A stretch of 57,405 nucleotides of DNA from a virus (lineage: Duplodnaviria > Caudoviricetes), in the IMG/VR virus record IMGVR_UViG_3300044609_000868, positions 1 through 57,405 of that record; one strand, given 5' to 3'. Position numbers and translations under genes: made by a program. A model generated the notes under the pieces. That model was not told where the DNA came from. It was given only the letters and a program-made list of their open reading frames with translations, and ran no database searches. This document shows positions 9,133 to 20,300 of this stretch, piece after piece (the first letter of the stretch is position 1; the number at the start of each line of letters is the position of its first letter).

Positions 9133-10021
9133 ATCCACTTACGCAACAGACTCGACGCCGGCTGGCACTGACGCCGTCCTGGTGCGGAATCTGGAAATCA
9201 CGCCGCTTGAAGCCGACACGGTTTCGCGCGACCTGATCCGCCCTTATCTCGGCAACTCCGAGGTCCTGCTGGGCAACATCCGCGTCGGCATCACCTTCCA
9301 GGTGGAGCTCGCCGGTTCTGGCGTGGCTGGAACTGCGCCCAAGTACGGCGCTCTGCTGAAGGCTTGCGGCCTGAGCGAGACCGTTGTTGCAACCACCAGC
9401 GTGACCTATGCGCCGGTATCCAGCAGCTTCAGCTCGGCCACCATCTACTTCAACAACGATGGCGTGCTGCACAAGGCCACTGGCTGCCGCGGCACCTTCA
9501 CGATCAGCGCTGAGCTGGGCCAGATTCCGACCATCGACTTCACGATGACCGGCATCTACAACGCCCCCACCGACACGGCTGCGCCTTCGGTGACCTATGC
9601 CGCCCAGGCCACTCCGCTGATCTTCAAGGAAGGCAACACCTCCAACTTCAGCCTGCTGTCCTACAGCGGCTGCCTGATGTCGGTGAACTTCGACATCGCC
9701 AACGAGGTGGTGTATCGCGAGCTGATCGGCTGCACCAAGCAGGTGCTGATCACTAACCGCGCCCCCGCTGGCGAGTGCGTGATCGAGGCTCCGACCATTG
9801 CAGCGAAGGACTTCTTCGCCGTTGCAGGAAGCAACACAACCGGCAGCCTGACCTTCACCCACGGAACCGCAGCCGGCAACACCGTGGCCTTCACCGCTCA
9901 GAACGTCGACATTGGACAACCCTCGTATAGTGACAGCGACGGCATCCAAATGCTGAACCTGCCCTACGTGGCCATTCCGACCACCGCTGGCAACGACGAG
10001 CTCTCGCTCGTATACACCTGA
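9089..10021 (+). CDS. Major tail tube protein
   Basis: 310 aa, Thr/Ser/Gly-rich, strongly biased codon use, directly before the chaperones and tape measure. Confidence 0.85.
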   Translation: MPLLTRKRLILAKTESTYATDSTPAGTDAVLVRNLEITPLEADTVSRDLIRPYLGNSEVLLGNIRVGITFQVELAGSGVAGTAPKYGALLKACGLSETVVATTSVTYAPVSSSFSSATIYFNNDGVLHKATGCRGTFTISAELGQIPTIDFTMTGIYNAPTDTAAPSVTYAAQATPLIFKEGNTSNFSLLSYSGCLMSVNFDIANEVVYRELIGCTKQVLITNRAPAGECVIEAPTIAAKDFFAVAGSNTTGSLTFTHGTAAGNTVAFTAQNVDIGQPSYSDSDGIQMLNLPYVAIPTTAGNDELSLVYT

Positions 10022-10038
10022 TTCAGGAGCACCACTGC

Positions 10039-10365
10039 ATGGCCTTTGTCCGCAAGAAGTCATCTACCTTCAAGTGGCCGGTCACTGTTGAATTCCCCGT
10101 CGACGGTGGTCGTTTTGAATCCGAGTCTTTCGACGCTGTGTTTAAGCGCATCGGTCGAAAGGAATTTCAGAAGCTGCTCGACAAAGGTGACCTTGATCTG
10201 ATCGAGGCCGTGCTTGTGGACTGGGAAGGGGTGAAGGACGAGTCCGCCAAGGACATCCCCTTCACCTCCGCCGCTCTCAAGGACATGCTTGATGATCCCT
10301 GCTTCACCAAGGGCATCATCACTGCTTACCTAGCGAGCCTGGAAGGGGCCAAGGTAAAAAACTGA
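10039..10365 (+). CDS. Tail assembly chaperone (gpG-like)
   Basis: Between tail tube and tape measure; ends at slippery GTA AAA AAC TGA. Confidence 0.85.
   Translation: MAFVRKKSSTFKWPVTVEFPVDGGRFESESFDAVFKRIGRKEFQKLLDKGDLDLIEAVLVDWEGVKDESAKDIPFTSAALKDMLDDPCFTKGIITAYLASLEGAKVKN
10356..10362 (+). other. -1 programmed ribosomal frameshift site A AAA AAC
   Basis: X XXY YYZ heptamer just before the stop; the -1 frame is open (KLSDAARYW...) into ORF 10434-10691. Confidence 0.85.
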
Positions 10366-10691
10366 GTGACGCGGCCCGCTACTGGGTCGCATCTGGTGGC
10401 GTCAAGGATGAGACGGCGGACGATGCCAAGCTGATGGGCATCGTCCTGCCCGACTCCGACGACAAGCCGGACCATTTTGAGGTGTGGGACGAGAACTGGG
10501 ATGTCGTAACGATGTTCCTGCGCATGCAGACGCAGTGGAACGTCGTGATGGGTGCCTTCACCGGGCTGAAGTACGAGGTGCTGCGGTGGATGTGCGACCT
10601 ATACTCGGTTGAGGATCCCAAGGCACTGCTCGAGGATCTTCAGATCATGGAAGCCGCCGCCCTGGAGGAGCTGAACAAGAGCGATGGCTGA
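10362..10691 (+). CDS. Tail assembly chaperone C-terminal part (gpT-like), reached by -1 frameshift
   Basis: 'FEVWDENWDVVTMFLRMQTQW...GLKY...LQIMEAAAL' (DUF1799-like); in the -1 frame of the upstream gene. Confidence 0.8.
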   Translation: MSDAARYWVASGGVKDETADDAKLMGIVLPDSDDKPDHFEVWDENWDVVTMFLRMQTQWNVVMGAFTGLKYEVLRWMCDLYSVEDPKALLEDLQIMEAAALEELNKSDG

Positions 10692-13600
10692 GTCAGTAGC
10701 ACGGGTAAAAGTCCAGGCGACGGCTGATCTGAAGGGGCTTGAAGATGCCAAGAAGGCGCTACAGGACCTTCAGAAGGCCGTCGGCCCGACTGACGCGGCG
10801 CTGGCGCAGGTCCGGCAAGAAATTATTGAATTTGGGAACGTTAATAAGCGCACTGAAGCTGCTATTCAGGCGCAAGTTAACGCCTTCCAGAAACTCCGCC
10901 AGCAAGCGGAAGTAGGCGGGAAAGTTTACAACGATCTTGGCCGCGACATTGAGCGGCTCAAGAGGGTTGCCAACGAATCTGGCGCCGCGATCTCGAAGCT
11001 TGGCCAGGCCACCGCAAGTGCTGGTCGACAGCAAGGTGGTAAAAGCTTCTGGCAGCGGCAGTCCGAGGAGCTAGTAGCGTTCAACCGCCAGGCCGGGCAG
11101 ACCGGCAAAGCGGTCAGCGAACTGGCGGCAGCGTTCGACATGAAGTTCGAGCGCGCCGGCAGCGCCATTCAGGAAGCTGGACGCGAGATTGCCAGGCTGA
11201 AGCAGAACGCCTCCAACATCGGCAGCCTGATGCAAGGGCCCGCCAAGGGTGGCGGCGCCTTTGAAGTGGGCCGCAAAGGCCTCGCCGACATCCAAGCGTT
11301 CTCGCAGCTTGTCACCCGACTGAAGGAGCAGACCGAGACCGCCACCGGCCGCGTCGCCCGCCTGTCAGAGGGCCTGTTTGCCGCCGGCGTGGCGGGCAAG
11401 GGCATCAGTGCCACCGTCACATCACTGGGTGGCGTGGCTGGCGCCGCGGAAAACGTCGCCAAGTTCGCCGCCAACCTGTCGGCCAGCTTTGCCCAGATGG
11501 GTGCTGGCGCTCCGCAGTGGGCCGGCGGCATGAAAGCGGCCCTGAACCAGATTTCGCTGCTGCTGAACCAGCCGGCGAATGGCGTCGCCAACTGGGTCAG
11601 CTCTCTCAACAGCGCTCAGGCGAAGCTTTCCGCCCTGAATGTCCCCCTCGAGGCGTTCAACAACGCCCTGGCGGCGATCGGACCAGAGGGTGCCGCCGTT
11701 GCTGGTGTGCTGGCGGTCTCGTTCGCCGGCTTGCAGGATGCAATCACCCGGGCGTTTCGGGCTGGCGACAAAGAAGCGAGCCAGGCTCTACAGAGCATCA
11801 CCGACGAGACCCAGCGTCTCATCAACAAGCTCGCGCAACTGAGCGAAGCCTTCCGGGGCGCCGCCAGCATGAACGAGCTGCAGGCGCTGCGCGCTGGCGG
11901 TGCTGCACGGTTCAACGAGACCCCGGCCGGCACCGATGCCAGCCGGCGAGCGGCCAACACGATCGCGAATGCTGAGGCGCGGATCAAGGCCGAGGCAGCC
12001 GCTCAGGCTGACGTGCTCGAGCAGGCTCGCCAGCGCTACCGGGGCACCACCGAGAGCGTTGATGCTCTAAGCGAGCGCCTCGCCTACCTGCAGTCGGCGA
12101 TGAAGCTCGTCGACCAGTCCACCACCGAAGGCAAGGCTGAGTTTGCGGCTTTCTCGAGCGAGGCAACTCAGGTCAAGCGTCAGATCGACGCCCTGTCACA
12201 GTCCTACCGGACCGTGGCCGATGCCATTCGGGAGGCGACCGCGGCGCAGGGCGAATACGCCAACAAGGGCACCGTCTCCAACTACCTGAACCGGGCCGCT
12301 GTTCGCCAGCAGGAAGAGCTGGCAGCGGCAGCCAGGACGGCACTGAACCAGCCTCAGGTGTTATCGCTGCCAGCGGCGGGGCAGACATCGTTCTCGGGCA
12401 CCTATGGCCCTAGCGGGATCGGCGGTGGCGCAAGGCTGGGCACCGGAGCCAAGGATTCCCCGTTCACGATTGGCGCCGAACAGGTCGGAGCTGGCGTCAC
12501 CGCGCTCTACAGGGGCGCAGAGCGGTCGGAAATGCAGATTGCTGCAGCCGGCGCCGCCCTTGAGCGTGAATTCAATAATGCGTCAAATGCGATTAACCGA
12601 GCAGAAAAAGAGCTGAATGATGTCCAGAAAGAGCTAAATGAAACCCTGAGAGATGGGCTTCGGGTAGCAGAAGCGCTCACAAAGATTGATTTCGTCAATC
12701 CGAATTCAATCAACGCCCTCAAGGCTCGTCGCGAGCAAATCGATCGCGAACGTAACTCCGTCGACATGCTGTCGAAGGAGTACAAGCAGCTGTCTGGCGA
12801 GCTGGCAAAGGTCGACAGGCAGATCGAAGGCACCCAGGCGGGCGGCCTGCGCGGCAAGGTTGGCTACATCGGCCAAGGCGTCGGCGCCATCGCCTCCGCC
12901 GGCATCTTCGGCGGCCCTGAGGGCGCTATCGGTGGCGCGCTCGGTGGCGGCATCGGCGCCGCGTTAGGCGGCCCTGCTGGCTTTGCGGCTGGCTCGTTCA
13001 TCGGCTCGTCGATCGGCGCCTACGCCGGCATGATTCGGCAGAGCGTCGCCGCAACTGGCGAGTTTTCCGCAGAGGTCAAGCGACTGGAAATTGCCTTGCA
13101 AGGCGTGACCGGTAGCGCTCAGGAATTTGCACGCGCTCAAGAAATCATCAAGCTGGCCGGCGTTGAGCTGAACGTGCCGGTGCTCGAAGCAACCAAGGGC
13201 TTCACCCAGCTCACGGCAGCCGTCAAAGGCGCCGGCGGCAATGTCACTGATGCAGAGATCGTCTTCCGTGGCGTTACTGAGGCCATCAAGGCGACTGGTG
13301 GCGGCGCAGACGAGGTGCAGGCATCGCTCACTGCGATGTCGCAGATCTTCTCAAAAGGCAAGGTTTCGGCGGAAGAACTGCAGGGCCAGCTCGGTGAGCG
13401 CTTGCCTGGTGCTGTCACCTTGTTTGCCGAGGCCACCGGCCGAACCCTGCCCCAACTGCAAAAGGATCTGCAGGACGGAACGGTCGGCCTAGCCGACGTG
13501 ATGAAGTTCGCTGCGTCGCTGAGCGACAAGTACGGCGAACAGGCAGCCAAGATGGCCGCCTCCACCGAGGATTCCACAGCGCGGATGAAGGTGGCGCTGG

Positions 13601-16095
13601 ACGACCTGCGCGTGGCCTTTGGCTCCATCGTCAAACCGATCACGGCTTCAATCCAAAGCGTGATCGCCAGGCTGGCCGAGATGACCACTCGCGCATTGCG
13701 GGCGGTCGGACTGGTCAAGGACAGCATGTCCGAGCTGGGCGCTGTCGGTCGCGGCCGCGATTTGCAGGCACGCGCTGCAGACGCTTACCGGACGCTCGGC
13801 AGCGGCCCGCAGTCTGTGTCGGAAAAACGCGCTGCTTTTAAGTCTGCCAGCGAGCTCGCCAATGCTGCTACTCCGCAAAAGTCGCTGGTTGGCGTTCAGC
13901 AAAACCTGCGCACGCTGCAGCAGTCACGCGACATCGTCAGACAGATCACCGCTGAAGGGCTTAGCGATGTTCAGATCAAGCTGCTGCAGGATTACGGCAC
14001 CAGGCTCGACAAGCGCATCTTTAGCGAACAGCAACTTCTTGACACGTTAAAGAAACAGCGTGAAGTCACTGACTTCAAGGCAGCCAAAACCAATGATGAC
14101 GCTGACAGCAAAAAGGCTGCAAAAGAAGCAGAGAAGCGGGCTCGCGAAGAGCAGCTGCTTCAAGAAGCTGCCGCTCGTGCTCGAATCGCTCTCGACGACA
14201 CGGTTTTCCAGAATCAGATAGAGCTGATTCGGAAGCGCTACGACTACGAAGAAGAGCTCATTCGCCAGCAGCGTGAAGTGTGGGCCGGAACCTTTGAAGG
14301 GATCCGCGGCGACTCTGCTCGCTCTTTCGTTGACCTACAGAACCGCCTGAATGATTTGCGCAAGCGGACATTTGAGTCCGACCTAAACGTCAAGCAGGCC
14401 GAACAGGAGCTCCGCTCGGCCACGCGGATGGAAGCCGTCACATCGCAGGGTGTCGCAACCACGGGCATCGTTGCCCGTACCGGCAGCACAGGCGACAGCA
14501 CCGGCCCTCACCTTGATTTGCGCTGGGGCGACGGGCGCCCGATCACCAAAGCCGATGCCGACAAGTATTTCCTTGTCAACGGGCGGGCGCCGAGTTCCTT
14601 TGGCGTCACCAGCCCCTACGGGCCTCGGAACCTGTTTGGGCGCAGCTTCCACAGCGGCATCGACTTCGGCACTCCAGCCGGCTCCGGCCTCAGCCTCAAA
14701 GGCGGGGCCACCTTCGGCCGCAACCTTGGCAACACCGGCGCTGGCGGTTACGCCATTGAGGTGATGACGCCCCAGGGCACCATGCGCGCCCTGCATTTGA
14801 TGGCCGGCAGCGTCATGCGCACCGCAGGCGGCCCATCCGGCGCTGGCGCTCAAGTGCGACGCGACGTGCGCGCTGAGGGCAATCTCGGCGTTGCTTCGGC
14901 TGACCTTGGTCAGGCCCGCGCAATAGCGGGTCTTGACCGGGCGCAGGTGCAGGGGTTGGAGCAGCTATTGCCCCAGCAGTTTGCTCAGCAGCAGACGCAA
15001 GGGCTGCGCGATCAGGCGAAGGCGCTGGAGGACAACAACGCCCTGTTGGCCAAGCGAATTCAGCTCGAGGCGCAAGGCATGCGACCTGAACTGCTTGACG
15101 CTCAGATGCGGATCGCTGAGCTTGAGCTGCAACGCTCTGACAAGCTGGCTCAGCTCAACGAAAACCTGAAGACCGCCACTGAGCGGCAGGATCCAACCCT
15201 GATCGCTGCCGTCCGGTCTGAGATTGAGCTCACCAACGCCGCTTACGACCGCCAAGTCATCGCAATCAACGCACTGGCTCAGGCGCAAACTGCAGCCGGT
15301 GTAGCGCTTGGCGCCCGCATCGGTCAGCTGCGGCAGGAGCTCGATCAGCTCACCAATTTCGAGAACGTGATCATCAGCGTCTCTCAGCTGATGGAGACCG
15401 AGATCAGCGGTGCAATCAGCTCAGCTGTGACTGGCCTGGTGAGCGGCAGCCAAACGATCAAGGAAACCCTGAGCCAGATGTTCTCCAACATCGGCCAAGC
15501 GTTCCTGAAGATGGCAGCAGACATCATCTCCAAGCAGCTGGTGATGATCACGCTGCAGACGATCCTGAAGGCGCTGGGGGCTGTCGCTGGCGGCGGCGGC
15601 GGTGGCGGTGGCGGTGACCTCGATCTGTCCGGTTTCCGGCAATACTCAATGGAGGGCGCCGGCATGCCGTTTGCGGCGCCGTTCGCTAACGGCGGCGTCA
15701 TGACCGGCCGCGGCCCAGTGCCCCTCAAGAAGTACGCCCGCGGCGGCGTTGCCAACCGCCCACAGTTGGCGCTCTACGGCGAGGGCAGCAAGCCTGAGGC
15801 CTACGTGCCGCTACCTGATGGCCGGCGCATCCCGGTGGCGCTGCAGGGGCAGGACAAGATGCGCGAGGTGATGGGTGCCGGCCCGACGCAGGGCAGTGGC
15901 GCTCCAGTGCTCAACATGAGTTTCCAGAGCACCAACATCGGCGGCGTTGAATATGTCAGCCGTGATCAGCTCGAGGCTGCGATGGCTGAGACCCGCCGGG
16001 CGGCTTCTCGCGATGGCGCCAAGCGTGGCATGACGATGACCCTTGATAGGCTGCAGCAAAGCCCGTCCACCCGTACTCGCGTGGGGCTGCGCTGA
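10684..16095 (+). CDS. Tape measure protein with internal M23 peptidase-like domain
   Basis: 1803 aa, Ala-rich and helical; tape-measure motif 'SQIFSKGKVSAEELQGQLGERLPGA'; 'HSGIDF' and 'STGPHL'; C-terminal 'FANGG...GE...PEAYVPL'. Confidence 0.93.
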   Translation: MAESVARVKVQATADLKGLEDAKKALQDLQKAVGPTDAALAQVRQEIIEFGNVNKRTEAAIQAQVNAFQKLRQQAEVGGKVYNDLGRDIERLKRVANESGAAISKLGQATASAGRQQGGKSFWQRQSEELVAFNRQAGQTGKAVSELAAAFDMKFERAGSAIQEAGREIARLKQNASNIGSLMQGPAKGGGAFEVGRKGLADIQAFSQLVTRLKEQTETATGRVARLSEGLFAAGVAGKGISATVTSLGGVAGAAENVAKFAANLSASFAQMGAGAPQWAGGMKAALNQISLLLNQPANGVANWVSSLNSAQAKLSALNVPLEAFNNALAAIGPEGAAVAGVLAVSFAGLQDAITRAFRAGDKEASQALQSITDETQRLINKLAQLSEAFRGAASMNELQALRAGGAARFNETPAGTDASRRAANTIANAEARIKAEAAAQADVLEQARQRYRGTTESVDALSERLAYLQSAMKLVDQSTTEGKAEFAAFSSEATQVKRQIDALSQSYRTVADAIREATAAQGEYANKGTVSNYLNRAAVRQQEELAAAARTALNQPQVLSLPAAGQTSFSGTYGPSGIGGGARLGTGAKDSPFTIGAEQVGAGVTALYRGAERSEMQIAAAGAALEREFNNASNAINRAEKELNDVQKELNETLRDGLRVAEALTKIDFVNPNSINALKARREQIDRERNSVDMLSKEYKQLSGELAKVDRQIEGTQAGGLRGKVGYIGQGVGAIASAGIFGGPEGAIGGALGGGIGAALGGPAGFAAGSFIGSSIGAYAGMIRQSVAATGEFSAEVKRLEIALQGVTGSAQEFARAQEIIKLAGVELNVPVLEATKGFTQLTAAVKGAGGNVTDAEIVFRGVTEAIKATGGGADEVQASLTAMSQIFSKGKVSAEELQGQLGERLPGAVTLFAEATGRTLPQLQKDLQDGTVGLADVMKFAASLSDKYGEQAAKMAASTEDSTARMKVALDDLRVAFGSIVKPITASIQSVIARLAEMTTRALRAVGLVKDSMSELGAVGRGRDLQARAADAYRTLGSGPQSVSEKRAAFKSASELANAATPQKSLVGVQQNLRTLQQSRDIVRQITAEGLSDVQIKLLQDYGTRLDKRIFSEQQLLDTLKKQREVTDFKAAKTNDDADSKKAAKEAEKRAREEQLLQEAAARARIALDDTVFQNQIELIRKRYDYEEELIRQQREVWAGTFEGIRGDSARSFVDLQNRLNDLRKRTFESDLNVKQAEQELRSATRMEAVTSQGVATTGIVARTGSTGDSTGPHLDLRWGDGRPITKADADKYFLVNGRAPSSFGVTSPYGPRNLFGRSFHSGIDFGTPAGSGLSLKGGATFGRNLGNTGAGGYAIEVMTPQGTMRALHLMAGSVMRTAGGPSGAGAQVRRDVRAEGNLGVASADLGQARAIAGLDRAQVQGLEQLLPQQFAQQQTQGLRDQAKALEDNNALLAKRIQLEAQGMRPELLDAQMRIAELELQRSDKLAQLNENLKTATERQDPTLIAAVRSEIELTNAAYDRQVIAINALAQAQTAAGVALGARIGQLRQELDQLTNFENVIISVSQLMETEISGAISSAVTGLVSGSQTIKETLSQMFSNIGQAFLKMAADIISKQLVMITLQTILKALGAVAGGGGGGGGGDLDLSGFRQYSMEGAGMPFAAPFANGGVMTGRGPVPLKKYARGGVANRPQLALYGEGSKPEAYVPLPDGRRIPVALQGQDKMREVMGAGPTQGSGAPVLNMSFQSTNIGGVEYVSRDQLEAAMAETRRAASRDGAKRGMTMTLDRLQQSPSTRTRVGLR

Positions 16096-16484
16096 TGGCT
16101 GAACAGTTTCCTGGCATCAAGCCCACCACGCGAGCGTTCAAGCTCGGCAGCTTTCCGGTGAAGGTCTACCGGGCGCTCTCGGGTGCAACGGTCAAACGTG
16201 CCTTCGGCAACCGCGCCACCGGCTTCGAGCTGCAGCTCGGTTTCGACAACATCCCTGACGCCACCACCGAGCAGCTGCTTGATCACTACAACAGCACCAG
16301 CGGCGGCTTCGATCGCTTCACGCTGCCGGCTGATCTGTTCGTCGGCATGACCACCGGCCTGCGCGGCTACATCCAGGCGCCCACCAGCATCCGGTGGGAA
16401 TATGCCGGGCCGCCTGAGGTGCAGTCGGTGTTCACCGGCCGCAGCCGCGTCTCGATCACGCTGCTCGGGGAGCTCGACTACTGA
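16095..16484 (+). CDS. Minor tail protein (distal tail, gpM-like)
   Basis: Directly after the tape measure gene with TGATG coupling. Confidence 0.65.
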   Translation: MAEQFPGIKPTTRAFKLGSFPVKVYRALSGATVKRAFGNRATGFELQLGFDNIPDATTEQLLDHYNSTSGGFDRFTLPADLFVGMTTGLRGYIQAPTSIRWEYAGPPEVQSVFTGRSRVSITLLGELDY

Positions 16485-16948
16485 TGGCCGAGCTGCGGAT
16501 TTGCCAGTTCTTCAAGCTCCTGACCACCGATGGCGTCACCCACCGCTACCAGAACTACTTCGTCGGGCAGAACGCCTCGCTGCTGAGCGAGAGCTACAGC
16601 TTCGCGCCGTTCCGCGCCGAGGGTGCGCTGGCCGCGCTCAACGGCGAAAACTCGCAGTTGCAGGTGCTGTTCCCTCACGTTGATTTCGCGCTGGTGCTGG
16701 TGGAGCGCGGCGACGGCAACCGGCTCAGCGAGCTGACGCTCACCACCGCCTGGCTGAATGCCAGCGGCAGTATCACCAACACCGCCACCGACTTCTACAT
16801 CGGGCTCGGCGCCAGCTTCAGCGACACCACCATCGAGCTGCGGTTTCGCTCCGCGATCGACAGCGTGGGTTCATCCTTCCCCGGCCGCAGCTTCACCCGC
16901 GACATGGTGGGGCCGCTGCCGCTTAACTCGGAGCTCTACCTGCGATGA
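16484..16948 (+). CDS. Minor tail protein (gpL-like position)
   Basis: Synteny; coupled start. Confidence 0.6.
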   Translation: MAELRICQFFKLLTTDGVTHRYQNYFVGQNASLLSESYSFAPFRAEGALAALNGENSQLQVLFPHVDFALVLVERGDGNRLSELTLTTAWLNASGSITNTATDFYIGLGASFSDTTIELRFRSAIDSVGSSFPGRSFTRDMVGPLPLNSELYLR

Positions 16949-17322
16949 ACGATCTGGTCGGCCTCCGCTACGGCTGGGGACATCGGCCGGGCGATGGCAG
17001 CGGCTGCACCGACTGCTTCCAGCTGGCGTGCGAGGTGCGCGATCGGCTGCAGCTCAGCGACTACCGCGACCGTTTCGCGTGGGTGTACCGCGACTGGACT
17101 GAGGAGAGCTTTCCGCGATCGATGATCGTGCGCTGGGTGCTCGAGCACGGCAGCAGGCTGGAGAAGCCTCGCCGCGGTGCGATTGCGCTGCTGCCGACTG
17201 AGGCCGGCGCTGCCCTTGGCACCTATCTCGGTAGGGCGCTGCTGTTCATCGGGCCGGGGCAGAATGTAGTGCAGGCGCCGCTACCTGATGGCGTGGCGCG
17301 CTTCTTCTGGATGGATCGATGA
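16945..17322 (+). CDS. NlpC/P60-like tail assembly protein (gpK-like)
   Basis: 'LVGLRYGWG...TDCFQL' matches the NlpC/P60 N-terminal motif with catalytic Cys. Confidence 0.7.
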   Translation: MNDLVGLRYGWGHRPGDGSGCTDCFQLACEVRDRLQLSDYRDRFAWVYRDWTEESFPRSMIVRWVLEHGSRLEKPRRGAIALLPTEAGAALGTYLGRALLFIGPGQNVVQAPLPDGVARFFWMDR

Positions 17323-20300
17323 CGCGGAAGCTGCTGCCCTACGAGCACGAGCTGATCGAGATCCTGAAGATCAGCAAGGAGGAGTATCTCGACTTCCTCG
17401 CGGTGCAGCACGACTTCACGCGATCACGTGAGGACAAGCTGCAGGAGCTGCGCGCTGAGCCCGTGTCGATCATCCTCGCGGTGGTCGGCATCATCCTGCA
17501 GGCGGTCAGTTACCTGCTCGCACCGAAGCCGGAGCTACCGGAGCAGAAGAACCAGCGCCAGCGCCGTGATCAGACCTTTGCGCCGCGCTTCGGCTTCAAT
17601 TCGCAGCAAGAGCTCGCCAAGTACGGCGACACGGTGAACCTGGTCTATTGCAACACCGACCAGAACCCGACCGGTGGCGTGCGCGTGGCTACCTCACTGA
17701 TCTGGTCAGCCGTGCACAGCGAAGGCTCCAGCCAATTCATGCAGATGCTGGTGGCGGTGGGCGCATCCGACATTCAGCGCATCGGACCCGCCCGCATCGC
17801 CTTCGGCCAGACCCCGATTCGCCAGCTGGCAGCCGGCAAGACATGGGCGTATTGGGGCGCCAACCGGCCGCTGCAGTTTTCGGACCTGATCCGCGGCGAT
17901 CAGAACGATCCGACCCGCATTGGCGAGGCGGCAAGCAGCTTCGCCTACCGCGCGACACTGATCGGCGACCAGCACACCGATGGCTTCAGCCAAGCCTTCT
18001 CACCCAGCACCATGACCCGGTTTGGCGTGTTCGCGCCGATCCCGATCAACGTGAACTACATCGACCGCGATGAGGACGGCGACGAGCGCGATGCACCGGT
18101 CGGCGTCGAAATCGACGGGCTGAGCGCCTACTGGCCAACCAGCGTGTTCAACGACGCGCGCCCGGTGGTGCCTGTGGGGCAGAGCATGACGCTGATCTTC
18201 CGGCGCATCACATCGACCCAGAGCGACACCGCACGGGCAGCGCGTGAGCTGCGCCGCACCCTGTCGAGCTACATCGATGCAGCCAGCACCTACAAGCTGG
18301 GCAGCGCCAAGTTCCGCGTGGCGGCACCGATCAAGAACGTCGAGCTCGATGACGGCTCCATGCGCGTGGCGATGGAGTGCATCGAGGCCGGCGTGATGCC
18401 GACTGAGGACTACAACACCAAGGACTTCAAGGACAACGGCAAGGAAGCCAGCCGCGAGATCGTGCTTCTCAAAAAGCGGGTCACAGAACTGAATGAACAG
18501 CTGCTGAAGAACGAGCCAATCTTGAAGCCTGGCATCGGCGAGAACGTCCGGGCAAGGCTTGCCGAGATCCGATTCCTGAAGGATCTGCTGGTTGATCTTG
18601 AAGATCGCCAGTGGAGTGCAGCTGAAATCGACACACTGGTCGAAAACGCAGAATACTTTGATCCTGTCGTCAACAACTTTGCGCGGCAGGTTGATGACAT
18701 CCAAGAGCATCGCAAGAACCTGCGCGATGCGATTGAAGATGAACTGGACAAGCCCAGCAACCAGCGAAATCGCGCGGCGATTCGCAACTGGCGCAGCCAG
18801 CTGCAGGACGCCAACCGCAGGTTCAGGCGTCTCACCGGCAAGCTGAACCAAGCGCTGCGTCAATACGGCCTTGCGACCAATGGCAACCTCAAGCAAGACA
18901 AGCGGCGCCTGAACTCAAGAGAAGAAAACCTAAATCAGGAAATCGCAAATCTCACCGCTGATGCCAACAACCTTGACCTGAACGCGATGGAATCGCGTGA
19001 CGCCAGCCTGCGCAGCCAAATCAGCACAACGCAAAACCGCATCACATTCCTCGAGGACTACCTATCGCGGCCCGAAGCGTGGAACGACTTCTTCAACACC
19101 AAGTGCCTAGTGAAGATGGAGGAGGCCGGCTACGAAACAATCACCGAGTGCCGCGTGGTCGATTTTGCGATCAAGGCCAAGGTGTTCAAGCGCATCCAAG
19201 GCCGCGCCAAGAAGTACGGCGAGGAGAAGGTCAAGAATTACCGCGACAGCGACAACGGCACAAAAGTGCGCTCTGCCTTCTTCTGGGTGCGTTACTGCCG
19301 CACCGGGCAGCAGTGGAGCCGGCTGCCCTACATCTTTGCCGTGCGCCGCGGCGCTGATGTTGATAACTTCGTGTCGCTGAAGTTCATCGCAGGCGACAAC
19401 ATCGGCAACTGGCAGTTCCGCTTCGATCCGATTGCGGAAACTGCAGCCGAGATGCGCACCCACGGGTTCGCTGACTTCGCCTACATCGAGAACAGCGGCG
19501 ACACCGTGGTGCTCCCCGGCCCGGCCGGTGGTCAGTTCACGTTTGTGGGATCGGTGCGCGCGCGGATGGGGCTCCGCCCGCCGCTCAACGTCAACCCGTC
19601 AGAGGTGGATGAGTGGGGCCTGTTCTCGGTGCGCTCGGACACGCAGGCCAGCTTCAGCTTTGAGGGTGGCCCCGAGTTTGCGATCACCGCTGTGACCGAG
19701 CAGCGCGTCGAGCCTTTCACCAACTACCCCAACCTCTACAACGGCCTCCACCTGATGGGCTTCAACGCCTACAGCGGCCAGGGCATTCAGGATCTGCGCT
19801 CGCTGTCGGTGTTTGTGCTCGAGGGCAAGAAGCTGCGCCGCCTGCGTGATGACGGCACCTACCCCAGTCAGCCGGACGGCTCGAGCAGCTACGCGCCCGA
19901 CATCTTCCTCGACACCATCCTCGATCCACAGAACGGCATCGGCCGCTTCGCCAAAATCGGCGGCGTGGATCTTGAGGCGCTGGCGCTGGCGAAACGCTTC
20001 TGCCAGCGGAACAACCTCTTTATGGATGGCGTGATCGCAGACAAAGCGCCATGGCGTCAGTTCTGGGCTGAGGTGGCGCCGTTCTCGCTGCTCGAGCTCG
20101 GCCGAGTCGGCGGCCGCGAAACGCTGGTGCCGGCCGTGCCATGCGACAACGCCGGCAACATCACGCGCGAGGTGACGATCACCGCGCTCTTCAACCAAGG
20201 CAACATCTTGGAAGACAGCTACCGCGAGGAGTTCATCGATTTCGGCAGCAACGTCCAGGATCTGATCGCATCCGTGATCTACCGCGACACCGAGATCGAC

